A stretch of 64,000 bases of DNA from Myxococcales bacterium (GTDB lineage: Bacteria; Myxococcota_A; UBA9042; JABWCM01; BTVJ01): NCBI GenBank assembly GCA_045863395.1, contig BTVJ01000033.1:1-64000 (forward strand). The letters are read 5' to 3'. A program made the position numbers and the translations under genes. The notes under the pieces are model-generated. The model did not search any database, was not told the DNA's origin, and saw only the letters and a list, made by a program, of their open reading frames with translations. This document shows positions 1 to 9,501 of the stretch, one piece after another. Each line of letters opens with the position of its first letter. Position 1 is the first letter of the stretch.

Positions 1-97
1 TGGGGACTCCGGCGGTGGGGACTCCGGCGGTGGGGACTCCGGCGGTGGGGACTCCGGCGGTGGGGACTCCAGCGGTGGGGACTCCGGCGGTGGGGAC
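1..97 (+). repeat. 15-bp coding tandem repeat (TGGGGACTCCGGCGG), about 6.5 copies, encoding GDSGG
   Basis: Head-to-tail copies with one G>A variant at 71 and no spacers. Confidence 0.95.
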
Positions 98-2356
98 GGC
101 GTCGACGGGGCAGACGCCGAAGCGCGAGCGGACGGTGCGGCGGACGGCGGCGCCGATGTGGGCGTTGACGGTGCGGGGGCTCTGGACGCCACGGACGTAG
201 CCACACCCCCCTGCGACCCCACCACGTGTGACGACGGGGATCCGTGTACGGACGACGGGTGCGCATCGGGCGAGTGCGTCCACACGACGAAGCCCTGCGA
301 CGACGACGACCCCTGCACGGTCGACGGGTGCGCGTCGGGCGCCTGCACCCACGTGGCGAAGCTCTGCGACGACGGCGAGCCGTGCACCGATGACTCCTGC
401 GCCGGGGGCTGCGTCAACGAACCGAAGCTCTGCGACGACGGGGACCCCTGCACAACCGACTCCTGCACCGCGGGCGCATGCGCTCACACCCCCCTCTCAT
501 GCGGCGACGGCGACCCGTGCACCGTGGACGCCTGCTTTGGGGGCACCTGCGCGTACACCCCGGTCCCCGGCTGCCAGGGCTGCCAGTCCTTCCTCGACTG
601 TGACGACGGGGACGCCTGCACCGTGGGCGCGTGCGGGGAGGGCGGCACCTGCGCCTTCGCACCGCTCCCCTGCGACGACCAGGACCCCTGCACGGAGAAC
701 TCCTGCCTCCCCGCGAGCGGGTGCGTCTACACCGGCGGCGACTGCGACGACGGCGACCCCTGCACCGCGGACCTGTGCGTGTTTGGGGTTGGCTGTGAGC
801 ACGCGTCGCTGTGCGACGACGGGGACGCCTGCACGGTGGACTCGTGCGTTGCGGGCGGCTGTGCCCACGCGCCGGCAGACTGCGACGACGGGGACGCCTG
901 CTCCGCGGACGGCTGCGTTCCTGATGCAGGGTGCGTCAGCAGCCCCATCCCCTGCGGCGACCTCGACGCCTGCACCGTCGAGACGTGCGAGCCCGGGGCC
1001 GGCTGCGTGGCGGCCGCCCGGAGCTGCGACGACGGCGACCCCTGCACCGTGGACCTCTGCACCCTCGCCGTGGGCTGCCACCACGCCCAGGAGGTGTGCA
1101 ATGACGGCGACCCCTGCACCCTCGATCAGTGCGACGGCCAGGTCGGTTGCGTCAACCCGGCCCTCGACTGCGACGACGGGCTGCCCTGCACCGCGGACGC
1201 CTGCGGGCTGGCCGGGTGCGTGCACACACCGGGCTGCGACGACGGAGACCCCTGCACGACCGACGCCTGCGGCCCCGGCGGGTGCACCCACGCACCGGAG
1301 ACCTGTGACGATGGGCTCGCCTGCACCCTGGACACGTGCGTGCCCGGCGCCGGCTGTGTTCACGCGGCGCAGTGCGACGACGGCGACGAGTGCACCTTCG
1401 ACGCCTGCACCGGCTCCGGCTGCGAGTCAACGGACATGGGCTGCGATGACGGCGACCCCTGCACCGAGGATCTGTGCATGGGCCAGCTCGGCTGCCTCCA
1501 GGTCGCCAAGGCGTGCAAGGATGGCGACCCATGCACCACGGACTCGTGCGCTGGCGGCGTGTGCGTCTTTGCCGGAGTACCCGGCTGTGCGGGCTGCATG
1601 ACGGACCCAGACTGCGCGGACCTGGATCCCTGCACCCAGGACTCGTGCAACGCCGGGGCGTGCAGCCACGCCCCCCTGGTGTGTCCTTCGGGCCCCTGCG
1701 GCGCCGCGACGTGCGACCCGGCCCAGGGGTGCGTGGCGCCCCCGGTCCTGCCCTGCGACGACGGCGACCCCTGCACTCGGGACCTGTGCGACCTGCTGAC
1801 AGGGGCGTGCAGCCACGGACCGGAGCCGTGCGCCGACGGCGACCCGTGCACCGACGGGAGCTGCGCGCCGGGGGCAGGCTGCGTACAGGCGCCGATCCCT
1901 GGCTGCGTCGGGTGTGGCTCCTCGACGGAGTGCGACGACGGCAACGCCTGCACACTCGATCTGTGTGCCGGCGGCTCCTGCCTGCACCCGGCAGCGTCCT
2001 GCGGGGACGGCAACCCCTGCACCCTGGACGTGTGCGTGGGTCCCGGCGGCGGGTGTGTTCATTCTCCGCTGGAGGGCTGCGTGGGGTGCGGCGCGGACGT
2101 GGCCTGCGACGATGGCGACCCGTGCACGGCGGACCGCTGCGAGGCGGGTGCCTGCACCCACGAGGTGCTGGAGGGCTGCGTCCCGTGCGCTCCCGACGAC
2201 CTGTGTGACGACGGTGACGTCTGCACCACCGACGGCTGCAACCCGACGTCCGGGCAGTGCCTCCACGTCCCGGTGAGCTGCCCCGCTCCGGTGTGCTCCC
2301 TCGGGGTGTGTACGCAGGCCGGCTGCCAGACCGTGCCCGACCCGCAGTGCCAGTGA
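2..2356 (+). CDS. Cysteine-rich repeat surface/secreted protein (CDDGDPCTxDxC repeats), 5' end outside the window
   Basis: Frame is open from base 2 (GDSGG repeats, then an Asp/Gly/Ala linker), followed by about 30 CDDGxPCTxDxC units; stop at 2356. Confidence 0.85.
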   Translation, partial: GDSGGGDSGGGDSGGGDSGGGDSSGGDSGGGDGVDGADAEARADGAADGGADVGVDGAGALDATDVATPPCDPTTCDDGDPCTDDGCASGECVHTTKPCDDDDPCTVDGCASGACTHVAKLCDDGEPCTDDSCAGGCVNEPKLCDDGDPCTTDSCTAGACAHTPLSCGDGDPCTVDACFGGTCAYTPVPGCQGCQSFLDCDDGDACTVGACGEGGTCAFAPLPCDDQDPCTENSCLPASGCVYTGGDCDDGDPCTADLCVFGVGCEHASLCDDGDACTVDSCVAGGCAHAPADCDDGDACSADGCVPDAGCVSSPIPCGDLDACTVETCEPGAGCVAAARSCDDGDPCTVDLCTLAVGCHHAQEVCNDGDPCTLDQCDGQVGCVNPALDCDDGLPCTADACGLAGCVHTPGCDDGDPCTTDACGPGGCTHAPETCDDGLACTLDTCVPGAGCVHAAQCDDGDECTFDACTGSGCESTDMGCDDGDPCTEDLCMGQLGCLQVAKACKDGDPCTTDSCAGGVCVFAGVPGCAGCMTDPDCADLDPCTQDSCNAGACSHAPLVCPSGPCGAATCDPAQGCVAPPVLPCDDGDPCTRDLCDLLTGACSHGPEPCADGDPCTDGSCAPGAGCVQAPIPGCVGCGSSTECDDGNACTLDLCAGGSCLHPAASCGDGNPCTLDVCVGPGGGCVHSPLEGCVGCGADVACDDGDPCTADRCEAGACTHEVLEGCVPCAPDDLCDDGDVCTTDGCNPTSGQCLHVPVSCPAPVCSLGVCTQAGCQTVPDPQCQ

Positions 2357-2414
2357 CTCCGGGGCGGGCTGGCGCCGCCCCCCGGGGCCGCGCCCATGAT
2401 TGTTGCTGACCCTG

Positions 2415-5400
2415 TCAACGTCCCACGGCACCGTGCAGCTTGATCGCCAGGTCCAGCAGGCGCTCCCTGGTCTCCGCCAGCGAGCCCTTTGCCGGCGCCC
2501 ACGTCCCGTCCCAGCGCCGCGTAGCGGGGTCGAGCCGGGTGAGGGCCGTCGCCTTCAGCTCAGCCAGGGCGCGGTCCGCCTCGGACGCCAGCGCCTTTGC
2601 CGGGCCCCGCGCCTGGGCCGCCAGCGACTCCACGAGGGCGATGGTCCGGGCGTCGTTGACACCGAGCCGGGCCCGCTCCCACAGCAGGGTGGGGACGATG
2701 GCGTCGCCCTGGGCCACCACGTGGGGTGGCATGGGGTCATCGTCGTCCCACCCGTTGACCGGATCGCCCAGGTGCGCCAGGTGGTGGGAGCGGAGGACGC
2801 CCGCCGCCCCGAGCGCCCAGGGCAGCAGGCCCCGCCCGAGGCGCCCTCCCTGCTCGTGGATCCAGACAGGGCGCTTGTCCTTGCCCAGGGCACCGCGCAC
2901 AGCCGCCGGGTCCAGGCCGCCGTCCGGCTGTACGCCGACCAGCACGACCTCCGAGTCCGTCGCCTCCAGTCGCCCACCCGCCCAGCGCGCCGGGCTGGCG
3001 CACGGCGCCTTGGCGCTGCGGCACAGCCCGAGCAGGGTCGGGTCGCCCAGCACGTGCAGGAGCGGCCACCCTGCCGACTGCGCGTGGGCGCCCGTCTGGG
3101 TCAGGATCTCCGTGGCCAGGCGGTCGAACCCCGTCGCCCGGCGCGCGTCGGCGCCGAGGATCGAGAAGGCCGGCGCGAGGATGTCGGCGGTGACGGCGGC
3201 GCGGAGCTCCATGCCCCCCTGCCGCGCCATTCCGGCGCGCAGGTCGAGCGGCGCGAACCCCACCTCGACGGCGCCGCGTGTGCCGTCCAGGCGCACGTCG
3301 GGCGGCAGGTCGAAGGGCGCTGCGTTCATGCCGTGCGCTGCCTGGTCCGCGAGGATCGCCTCCACCCCTCCGCCCCCCACGCCGATCGCCCCGTGGATCT
3401 GCGGTGCGGGCGGCAACGAGAAGGGCAGCACCTGGACCGTGATCGGCACCAGCGCGTCACGCTCGCGCCCCGCGGACAGCAGCAGCGCTCCATCGAACTC
3501 GCCCTGAGCGTCGGCCGGCGCCGACACGGTCACCCAGACGAGGCGCGCGATGCCTGGGTGGAGGTCCAGTTTCTCGGCCTGGACGAGGAAGGTCGGGCGC
3601 ACGGTGTAGCGGGCGTCGTCGCTGTCCGGGGCCACGCGCACGGCCTGGTAGGCGGCGACGCGGGCCTGGAGCGGGGTGCCTCCGAGGGTGTCTCCCACGG
3701 GCGTCGAGGGCTGGTCCAGGCGCAGGGACACGTCGCTCCGGAAGGAGCTGGCCCACAGCCCCACCGCGAAGGCGGTGGTCTCTCCTCGGGCCACCCGCAC
3801 CGTGACGCCGCGAGTTGCCGCGTCCGCCGCAGGCCGGGTCGGCGTGGTGTGCGGGTAGACGTCCTCGTCCGGATCCACGATGAACGGGACGAAGCCCCGC
3901 GCCCGCTCCGCCGCGCTTGGCAGGTAGACGGCGTCGTGGGCGCGCGCCTGCTCCTGGACCGCCCAGGAGAGGCCGAAGCTCGCCTTGCGCCGCTCGCCGT
4001 AGGCGGCCACCGCGGCGGTCAGCGCGTCCACGTCGCTGGTCTGGAAGAGACCGACCGCGGCCACCGGGCAGGATCCCGCCGGGCCGCACTGGATGTCGAG
4101 CACCCCGCCCTCCACCGTCGCAGGGAAGATGGCGTCGGCGAAGCGGGCCGCCACGTGCCGCGACCACACCGCGTCCGCCCCCACCTTGCGCAGCGCGAGG
4201 GCGTCGTCGTCCAGGCTCACCGTGCTGCGGAGCCCCCCCCGCCGGTCGATCACCGCCCGCGTCTGCCCCTGCGCCTTGATGACCACGGGGTTCCGGTAGA
4301 ACGTCAGCTCGTCGGGGGGCGCGGAGCGCATGTCCCCCAGAAGGACCCACACCAGGTAGTTGCCGTCCGGAACGCGGAAGGAGACGGTCGCGTCGCCGAG
4401 CTCCACGTGGTCCTGGGCCAGCGGGTCGGGGCGTCGGGCGGTCCGCCCCGTCACGGCGCCGCGAAAGCCGGCCCGCGACACGTCGTCGAAGGCGTCCGCC
4501 GGCGACAGCGGTGTGAACCCTCCTGCGACCAGCGAGCCCGGAGGCCCGAGGTCGTACAGGAGCCCGGGGGCCCCAGCGTCCAAGGGGAAGCTCTTGCGGT
4601 ACTGCGCAGCGCGCTCCGGGGGGAGCGTCGTCATGATGGGAGGGGGCTTCACGCCCGCAGGGTCGGCGAACAGGGCCACGTCGTCCACGTCCGTCGTGCC
4701 CCCGCTCTTCCACGTGCCGATGCTCAGGCGGGCGAAGCGGGCCTCCGGCGGCGCGACCATCCAGGTGCGGAACGCCTCGAACCCGTTGGTGCGCTGGCCG
4801 GCGCCCGCCTCGAGGCGGATCGCCACTGGGAGCTCGTGCGACTCTGCGTCGAGGAAGGGCGCCACGGCCTGGAGGCCGCGCCCCGTGGCGTCCAGGATGC
4901 GCGCGTGCACCAGGAGGTGGTACCGCACACCCGGCAGCACGGGGACGGGCTCGGCGAGCACCGCCCTGCCGCCCAGCTCCGCCCCGGTGGCCCCGTCCGA
5001 CCAGGAGCGGAAGCCGAAGCGCCCCGTGCGCGCGGACTGCTCCGACCTCACGCCGCGGATGCGGGCGCCGCCTTGGCCCAGGTCGCCGCTCAGATACCAC
5101 CCGGCGGGGTTGGACGCGTCCCCCGGGTCCACCTGCTCGAAGCCGGCGTTTGGCAGGAGGTTCTCGCCCAGGTGCAGCGCCGGAGTGCCCGGTCGGGCCT
5201 CCCCCCCGCCGAGGGCCGGCCCGGACCCCGGGGCAAAATAGACGTGGTAGCGGCGCAGGGCGAGGGCGGGGAGGGCGCCGTCGGCCTTCCAGGTCACGCG
5301 CACGTCGCCCCCATCGTCTCCGCTCTGCGTCACCGTGGCTTCCACGGGCTGGAGCGCCGGCTCCGAGCCCACCCCCGGGAAGCACCGGAAGACTGCCGCG

Positions 5401-5669
5401 CGGGGGCGCCCGGCGCCCAGGGCAGCTCGCGCGTCCGAGGGCAGCGCGAGCCGCAGCTCGGCGTCCGCGTGGGCGAAGAGGCCCGCGGCGACGTCGGCCC
5501 GGATCCGCAGTGTGGCGTTCTCGAGCCAGAGGCCGGCGCAGTCCGGGCGCTCCACCGGGGCAGAGCGGGCAGGGCTGGCAAGGAGCACCCCCAGCAATGA
5601 GAGGGCGGCGAGCGCCGTGACCATCGGAGGCCTCTGGCTCCACGGAGTCTTGCCAAGCGCGTCGGTCAT
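2415..5669 (-). CDS. Large secreted carbohydrate-active-like protein (CBM-like module, C-terminal DUF4091/glycoside-hydrolase-like region)
   Basis: ATG at 5669 with a GAGGGAGG RBS; signal-peptide-like ALAALSLLGVLLASPARS; NLLPNAGFEQ CBM4/9-like start; C-terminal PTLLWERARLGVND resembles DUF4091 termini. Confidence 0.6.
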   Translation of the reverse strand: MTDALGKTPWSQRPPMVTALAALSLLGVLLASPARSAPVERPDCAGLWLENATLRIRADVAAGLFAHADAELRLALPSDARAALGAGRPRAAVFRCFPGVGSEPALQPVEATVTQSGDDGGDVRVTWKADGALPALALRRYHVYFAPGSGPALGGGEARPGTPALHLGENLLPNAGFEQVDPGDASNPAGWYLSGDLGQGGARIRGVRSEQSARTGRFGFRSWSDGATGAELGGRAVLAEPVPVLPGVRYHLLVHARILDATGRGLQAVAPFLDAESHELPVAIRLEAGAGQRTNGFEAFRTWMVAPPEARFARLSIGTWKSGGTTDVDDVALFADPAGVKPPPIMTTLPPERAAQYRKSFPLDAGAPGLLYDLGPPGSLVAGGFTPLSPADAFDDVSRAGFRGAVTGRTARRPDPLAQDHVELGDATVSFRVPDGNYLVWVLLGDMRSAPPDELTFYRNPVVIKAQGQTRAVIDRRGGLRSTVSLDDDALALRKVGADAVWSRHVAARFADAIFPATVEGGVLDIQCGPAGSCPVAAVGLFQTSDVDALTAAVAAYGERRKASFGLSWAVQEQARAHDAVYLPSAAERARGFVPFIVDPDEDVYPHTTPTRPAADAATRGVTVRVARGETTAFAVGLWASSFRSDVSLRLDQPSTPVGDTLGGTPLQARVAAYQAVRVAPDSDDARYTVRPTFLVQAEKLDLHPGIARLVWVTVSAPADAQGEFDGALLLSAGRERDALVPITVQVLPFSLPPAPQIHGAIGVGGGGVEAILADQAAHGMNAAPFDLPPDVRLDGTRGAVEVGFAPLDLRAGMARQGGMELRAAVTADILAPAFSILGADARRATGFDRLATEILTQTGAHAQSAGWPLLHVLGDPTLLGLCRSAKAPCASPARWAGGRLEATDSEVVLVGVQPDGGLDPAAVRGALGKDKRPVWIHEQGGRLGRGLLPWALGAAGVLRSHHLAHLGDPVNGWDDDDPMPPHVVAQGDAIVPTLLWERARLGVNDARTIALVESLAAQARGPAKALASEADRALAELKATALTRLDPATRRWDGTWAPAKGSLAETRERLLDLAIKLHGAVGR

Positions 5670-5945
5670 GGGCCTCCCTCGCTGAGAATTGTCGATCAGG
5701 GGCGTCGCCTCGGGCAACACAGCACCCGGTGAGCGCCATGGACCCGGCCAGGCCCGCTGGGCGTGTTCGCCCGCGCCACGCCTGGGGCGCGACTTTACAG
5801 GATGGCAGGACCGTAGTACCAGTTTCCGTATGCAGCAGCGCTCCTGGACCGCGCAGGTGCCTGACCACGGCCGCGGAGAGCGCTGCGAGCGAGGTCGCGA
5901 CGCGCAGAGGCCATGCGCGCCGACCCGGGGTGAGCGACCGAGACG

Positions 5946-7478
5946 ATGCCCTCGAAGACCCACATCGTAGCCTTCCTGCTCGCGCTGGTCGTCTCGGTGA
6001 TCGCGACCCCTCTGATCCGGCGGCTTGCCCACCGCTACGGGCTCTACGACCCGCCAAGCCAGCTCCGCAAGGTCCACCGTCGCCCCGTGCCGCGCCTGGG
6101 CGGCGTCGCCATCGCGCTCGGCTTCTTCGCACCCCTGACCGCGCTGCTCTTCTACGACAACGGCATGGCGGTGGCGTACCGCTCCAACACCATGCACATC
6201 GCAGGTCTCTACGTCGGCGGCCTGATGGTGTTGGCGCTGGGGGTCCTCGACGATATCCGCGGCGTGAGCCCTTGGGGCAAGCTGATCACCCAGCTCGTCA
6301 TCGCCATGGTCATGGCCCAGTTCGGCTTCGTGATCCAGAGGCTCGCCATCCCCTTCTGGGGGCCGCTGGATCTGGGCATCTTCTCGGTGCCCGTCACGCT
6401 GCTGTGGTTCGTCGGCGTGATGAACATCGTCAACCTCATCGACGGGCTCGACGGGCTGGCGGGCGGCGTGTCCTTCTTCGCCGTGGCGGTGATGTTCATC
6501 GTCAGCACCCTCGACGGGGTCCTGCTGACCTCGCTGTTCTCCGCGGCCCTGATGGGCGCCATCGTGGGGTTCCTGTTCTACAACTTCAACCCCGCGACCA
6601 TCTTCATGGGGGACTGCGGGAGCCTCTTCCTGGGGTTCGTCATTGCCGCGGTCGGCGTCAAGACCCAGGCCAAGAGCAGCACGGCCATCGCGCTGACCAT
6701 CCCGGTCCTCGCGCTGGGCCTCCCCATCGTGGACGCCTTCCTCGCGATCATCCGCCGGCTGCGTCGTGGCACCTCCGTCTTCTCCGCTGACAAGGAGCAC
6801 ATCCACCACCGCCTGCTGGCCCTCGGGCTGACGCAGCGGCAGGCGGTGCTGGTCCTCTACGCGCTGTGCGGCATCTTCGCTGCCGTCGCCATCGCCGTGA
6901 AGGCCGGCAACGACGTGACCATCGGGCTCGCGCTGGTCGCCATGGCGGGGGTGATCTTCGTCGCCGTGCGCTTCTTCCGCTTCCAGGAGATGGTCCACCA
7001 GCGCCGCATGGCGATGCTCCTCGAGGACGAGCTGATGCTGCCCTCCGACGCGCGGGTGTTGGTGCGGGGGCTCGCGCGCCGGGTGCGCGCCTCCGGGTCC
7101 ATGGACGGCGTCTGGGAGGCCGTGAAGGAGGTCGCCGACCTGCTCGGGGTCCGCGACGTGACGCTGCGGCTCTACCTGCGGCGGGACGAGGGCGAGCGCA
7201 TCCAGCAGCAGTATCGCTGGCACACCGAGAAGCCGCACCTGATGTCGCGGCTCCTCTACACGACGCTGGACGTGCCCCTCGTCGGGGCGAGCTTCCTCTA
7301 CGGTGACATCTCCTACACCTACCGGGACGGCGGCCCCCCAGACAGCGAGGAGCGCGCCGTCCTGCTCCACGTGTTCAGCGAGGCCGTCGCCGAGTTCATC
7401 GAGGAGCGGCTCCTGGAGGACGAGCGCAACCGCTTCGTCGTCAGCCGCCTCCCCACGCGCGGGGCCCGCTCCGGATGA
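5946..7478 (+). CDS. MraY/WecA/TagO-family polyprenyl-phosphate sugar-1-phosphate transferase with a soluble C-terminal extension
   Basis: PVPRLGGVAI, GVLDD, NLIDGLDGLA, NFNPATIFMGDCGS and ADKEHIHH motifs; many TM segments. Confidence 0.9.
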   Translation: MPSKTHIVAFLLALVVSVIATPLIRRLAHRYGLYDPPSQLRKVHRRPVPRLGGVAIALGFFAPLTALLFYDNGMAVAYRSNTMHIAGLYVGGLMVLALGVLDDIRGVSPWGKLITQLVIAMVMAQFGFVIQRLAIPFWGPLDLGIFSVPVTLLWFVGVMNIVNLIDGLDGLAGGVSFFAVAVMFIVSTLDGVLLTSLFSAALMGAIVGFLFYNFNPATIFMGDCGSLFLGFVIAAVGVKTQAKSSTAIALTIPVLALGLPIVDAFLAIIRRLRRGTSVFSADKEHIHHRLLALGLTQRQAVLVLYALCGIFAAVAIAVKAGNDVTIGLALVAMAGVIFVAVRFFRFQEMVHQRRMAMLLEDELMLPSDARVLVRGLARRVRASGSMDGVWEAVKEVADLLGVRDVTLRLYLRRDEGERIQQQYRWHTEKPHLMSRLLYTTLDVPLVGASFLYGDISYTYRDGGPPDSEERAVLLHVFSEAVAEFIEERLLEDERNRFVVSRLPTRGARSG

Positions 7479-8521
7479 CCCCCGCGGAGGCGTTGATCGC
7501 TCTGCTGCGGGTCGATGGCCCCCGCACCCCCCCGCAAGAGGTCCTGTCGGCGCTCCCGGCGCTCGTGGACCGCCACGGCGTGCCCGGCCTGGTGCTCGAC
7601 GCGTTGCGGGGCGTGGACGTTCCGCAGGAGACCCTCGCGGCCCTCAGGGCGCAGAGGCGGCGCGCGGTCATCGACGGGCTGCGCGTGGAGCGCACGCGGG
7701 ACCGGGCCCTGGCGCTGCTGGTCGGGGCGGGCGTCCGGGTCGCCGTCCTCAAGGGGGCGCTGCTGCTGCCGCTGCTCTACGGCGGCGCCTTCGGCGGGGG
7801 CGCCAGGCGGGTCAACGACGTGGACCTGCTCGTGTCGCCGCCTCACCAGGAGCGGGCGCACCGCGTGTTGCTCGGCGCGGGCTTCCGGCACGTCCCGAAG
7901 CCACCGGGGCGCCCGGCCTCCCAGCGCGCCGCCTATGAGCGCACCTACGTGCGGCCCGGGGACGCCGCCGTGGACGTGCACGTCGCCTTCGCCGACCCCG
8001 CTCGCCTGCGCCTCGACCATGGGGTCCTGCTGGACAGGGGCGCGAGGGGGGGGAGTGGCGAGACCCTGCTCGCCGACGACGACGTGCTGCTCTCGCTGGC
8101 CGTGCACCTGGGCCAGGACTGCTTCGCCGGGCCGCTGCGGGGCCTCGTCGATGTCGCGTGGTGGCTCGCGCGGCGGCATCCGGACCTGGAGCGGGCTGCC
8201 TCCACCGCCCGCGCTGCCGGGGCGGCCACGGTGCTGTGGCTGGCGCTGCGGCTCGCGCACGAGCGCCTTGGGGCGCCCGCGGATCCCTCGGTCGTCGCGG
8301 TGCTCACGCCACCCCGCCCACGCCGCGACTGGCTCGAGCGCCTCTACGGCGGCTCCGGGGCCCCATACCCGTTTCTGCACGAGAAGCGTGGCGCGCAGTT
8401 GCTCGCCCTCTACCCCCTGCTGGACGGTCACCGGGCGCGGGCCCGTTTCACCTTGCGTCAGGCCACGCTGCGTGTGCAGGATCGCTGGGAGCGCGCCCGT
8501 TGGGGCCCAGCCCGGAGGTGA
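7475..8521 (+). CDS. Nucleotidyltransferase family protein (NTP_transf_5-like)
   Basis: VAVLKG...RRVNDVDLLV and VDVH motifs; ATGA overlap with the upstream gene. Confidence 0.75.
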   Translation: MTPAEALIALLRVDGPRTPPQEVLSALPALVDRHGVPGLVLDALRGVDVPQETLAALRAQRRRAVIDGLRVERTRDRALALLVGAGVRVAVLKGALLLPLLYGGAFGGGARRVNDVDLLVSPPHQERAHRVLLGAGFRHVPKPPGRPASQRAAYERTYVRPGDAAVDVHVAFADPARLRLDHGVLLDRGARGGSGETLLADDDVLLSLAVHLGQDCFAGPLRGLVDVAWWLARRHPDLERAASTARAAGAATVLWLALRLAHERLGAPADPSVVAVLTPPRPRRDWLERLYGGSGAPYPFLHEKRGAQLLALYPLLDGHRARARFTLRQATLRVQDRWERARWGPARR

Positions 8522-9027
8522 CAGTGTCTGACAAGCTCGAGGTCCCGCGCCGCCCACCCCAAGAGCTGATGTTTCCCTCCGACGATGTGGCGGAGGAGCG
8601 CTTCTTTGCGCCACCGAAGCCGCCCGGCGACTTCTCCCTCATGATGATGCTGCCGCGCACGCCGTTCTGGCGGACGCGCGCCTTCCTCTATGGCGTCGGC
8701 GCCGCGGTCGCGCTGGCGCTGGTGGTGACCCTCGCCGTTGCGTGGCTCTCGCGCCCCGGCCCCGCCCAGTGGTTCGAGGGGCGGTGGCGCTATGCGGGGC
8801 CCGAGGAGCTCCGCGTGGAGCTGGAGGTCGACGGGGGCGAGGTGTCCACGACCATCGAGGGGGTCTGGGCGAGCTCCACGCCCTACAGGCTGCTGGGCAG
8901 CGGATCGCGCTCGCTCGTCATCGAGCTCGGGGGCGTACAGAGCAGCGTCCGCTTCGAGACTCCCGACCGCATGACCATCGAGACGGAGGGGGAGGGACAC
9001 CCCTACGAACGGATTGCGCCACGGTGA
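8518..9027 (+). CDS. Hypothetical single-TM membrane protein
   Basis: GTGA overlap with the upstream stop; one hydrophobic helix (AFLYGVGAAVALALVVTLAVAW). Confidence 0.6.
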   Translation: MTVSDKLEVPRRPPQELMFPSDDVAEERFFAPPKPPGDFSLMMMLPRTPFWRTRAFLYGVGAAVALALVVTLAVAWLSRPGPAQWFEGRWRYAGPEELRVELEVDGGEVSTTIEGVWASSTPYRLLGSGSRSLVIELGGVQSSVRFETPDRMTIETEGEGHPYERIAPR

Positions 9028-9048
9028 CCGCAGCGGCCGTGTCTGCGG

Positions 9049-9078
9049 TTGACAGGTTCCGGGAATTTGGCGTAAACC
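9049..9078 (+). promoter_or_regulatory. Candidate sigma70-type promoter for the ferredoxin gene
   Basis: TTGACA at 9049-9054, 18-bp spacer, TAAACC at 9073-9078, about 40 bp before a strong RBS/ATG. Confidence 0.45.
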
Positions 9079-9117
9079 CTGCCCAGGCTTTGGGCCGCAT
9101 CAACTGAGGAGGAAGAG

Positions 9118-9453
9118 ATGGCGTTCGTGGTGGCGGAGCCTTGCATCAACTGCAAGTTCACAGATTGTGTCGATGTCTGTCCGGTCGACTGCTTCTATGA
9201 AGGGGCGAACATGCTCGTGATCAACCCGGACGAGTGCATCGACTGCGGTGCCTGCGTGCCAGAGTGCCCCGTCGAGGCGATCTTCGACGAGGACGAGCTG
9301 CCGGAGAAGTGGGAGAAGTACACGGCCCTCAACGCCCAGTACGCGTCGGAGTGGCCCAACATCACGGCCAAGAAAGACCCGCTGCCCACCGCCGAGGAGT
9401 ACCGCGACGTGGAGGACAAGGGCGATCTGCTCTCCCCGGACCCCGCGCACTGA
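9118..9453 (+). CDS. fdxA: 7Fe (3Fe-4S/4Fe-4S) ferredoxin, FdxA family
   Basis: [18 protein letters not shown]...[27 protein letters not shown]. Confidence 0.92.
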   Translation: MAFVVAEPCINCKFTDCVDVCPVDCFYEGANMLVINPDECIDCGACVPECPVEAIFDEDELPEKWEKYTALNAQYASEWPNITAKKDPLPTAEEYRDVEDKGDLLSPDPAH

Positions 9454-9464
9454 GCTCAATCCAA

Positions 9465-9496
9465 CGGCGAGGCGCCCCTGCCGGAGCGCCTTGTCG
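9465..9496. terminator. Hairpin between convergent genes (possible bidirectional terminator)
   Basis: CGGCGAGGCGC...GCGCCTTGTCG, an 11-bp stem with 2 G-U pairs; no U tract. Confidence 0.3.
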
Positions 9497-9501
9497 GCCT
9501 C

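Noticed and set aside
1..97. Short repeat array resembling CRISPR
   Set aside because: Units are head-to-tail with no spacers, in-frame coding (GDSGG), and no cas genes are present.
2400..7370. Long overlapping ORFs (2400-5600 +, and the 5' extension of 2415-7370 -)
   Set aside because: Shadow ORFs caused by high GC; the extension is antisense to the wecA-like gene and an RBS supports the start at 5669.
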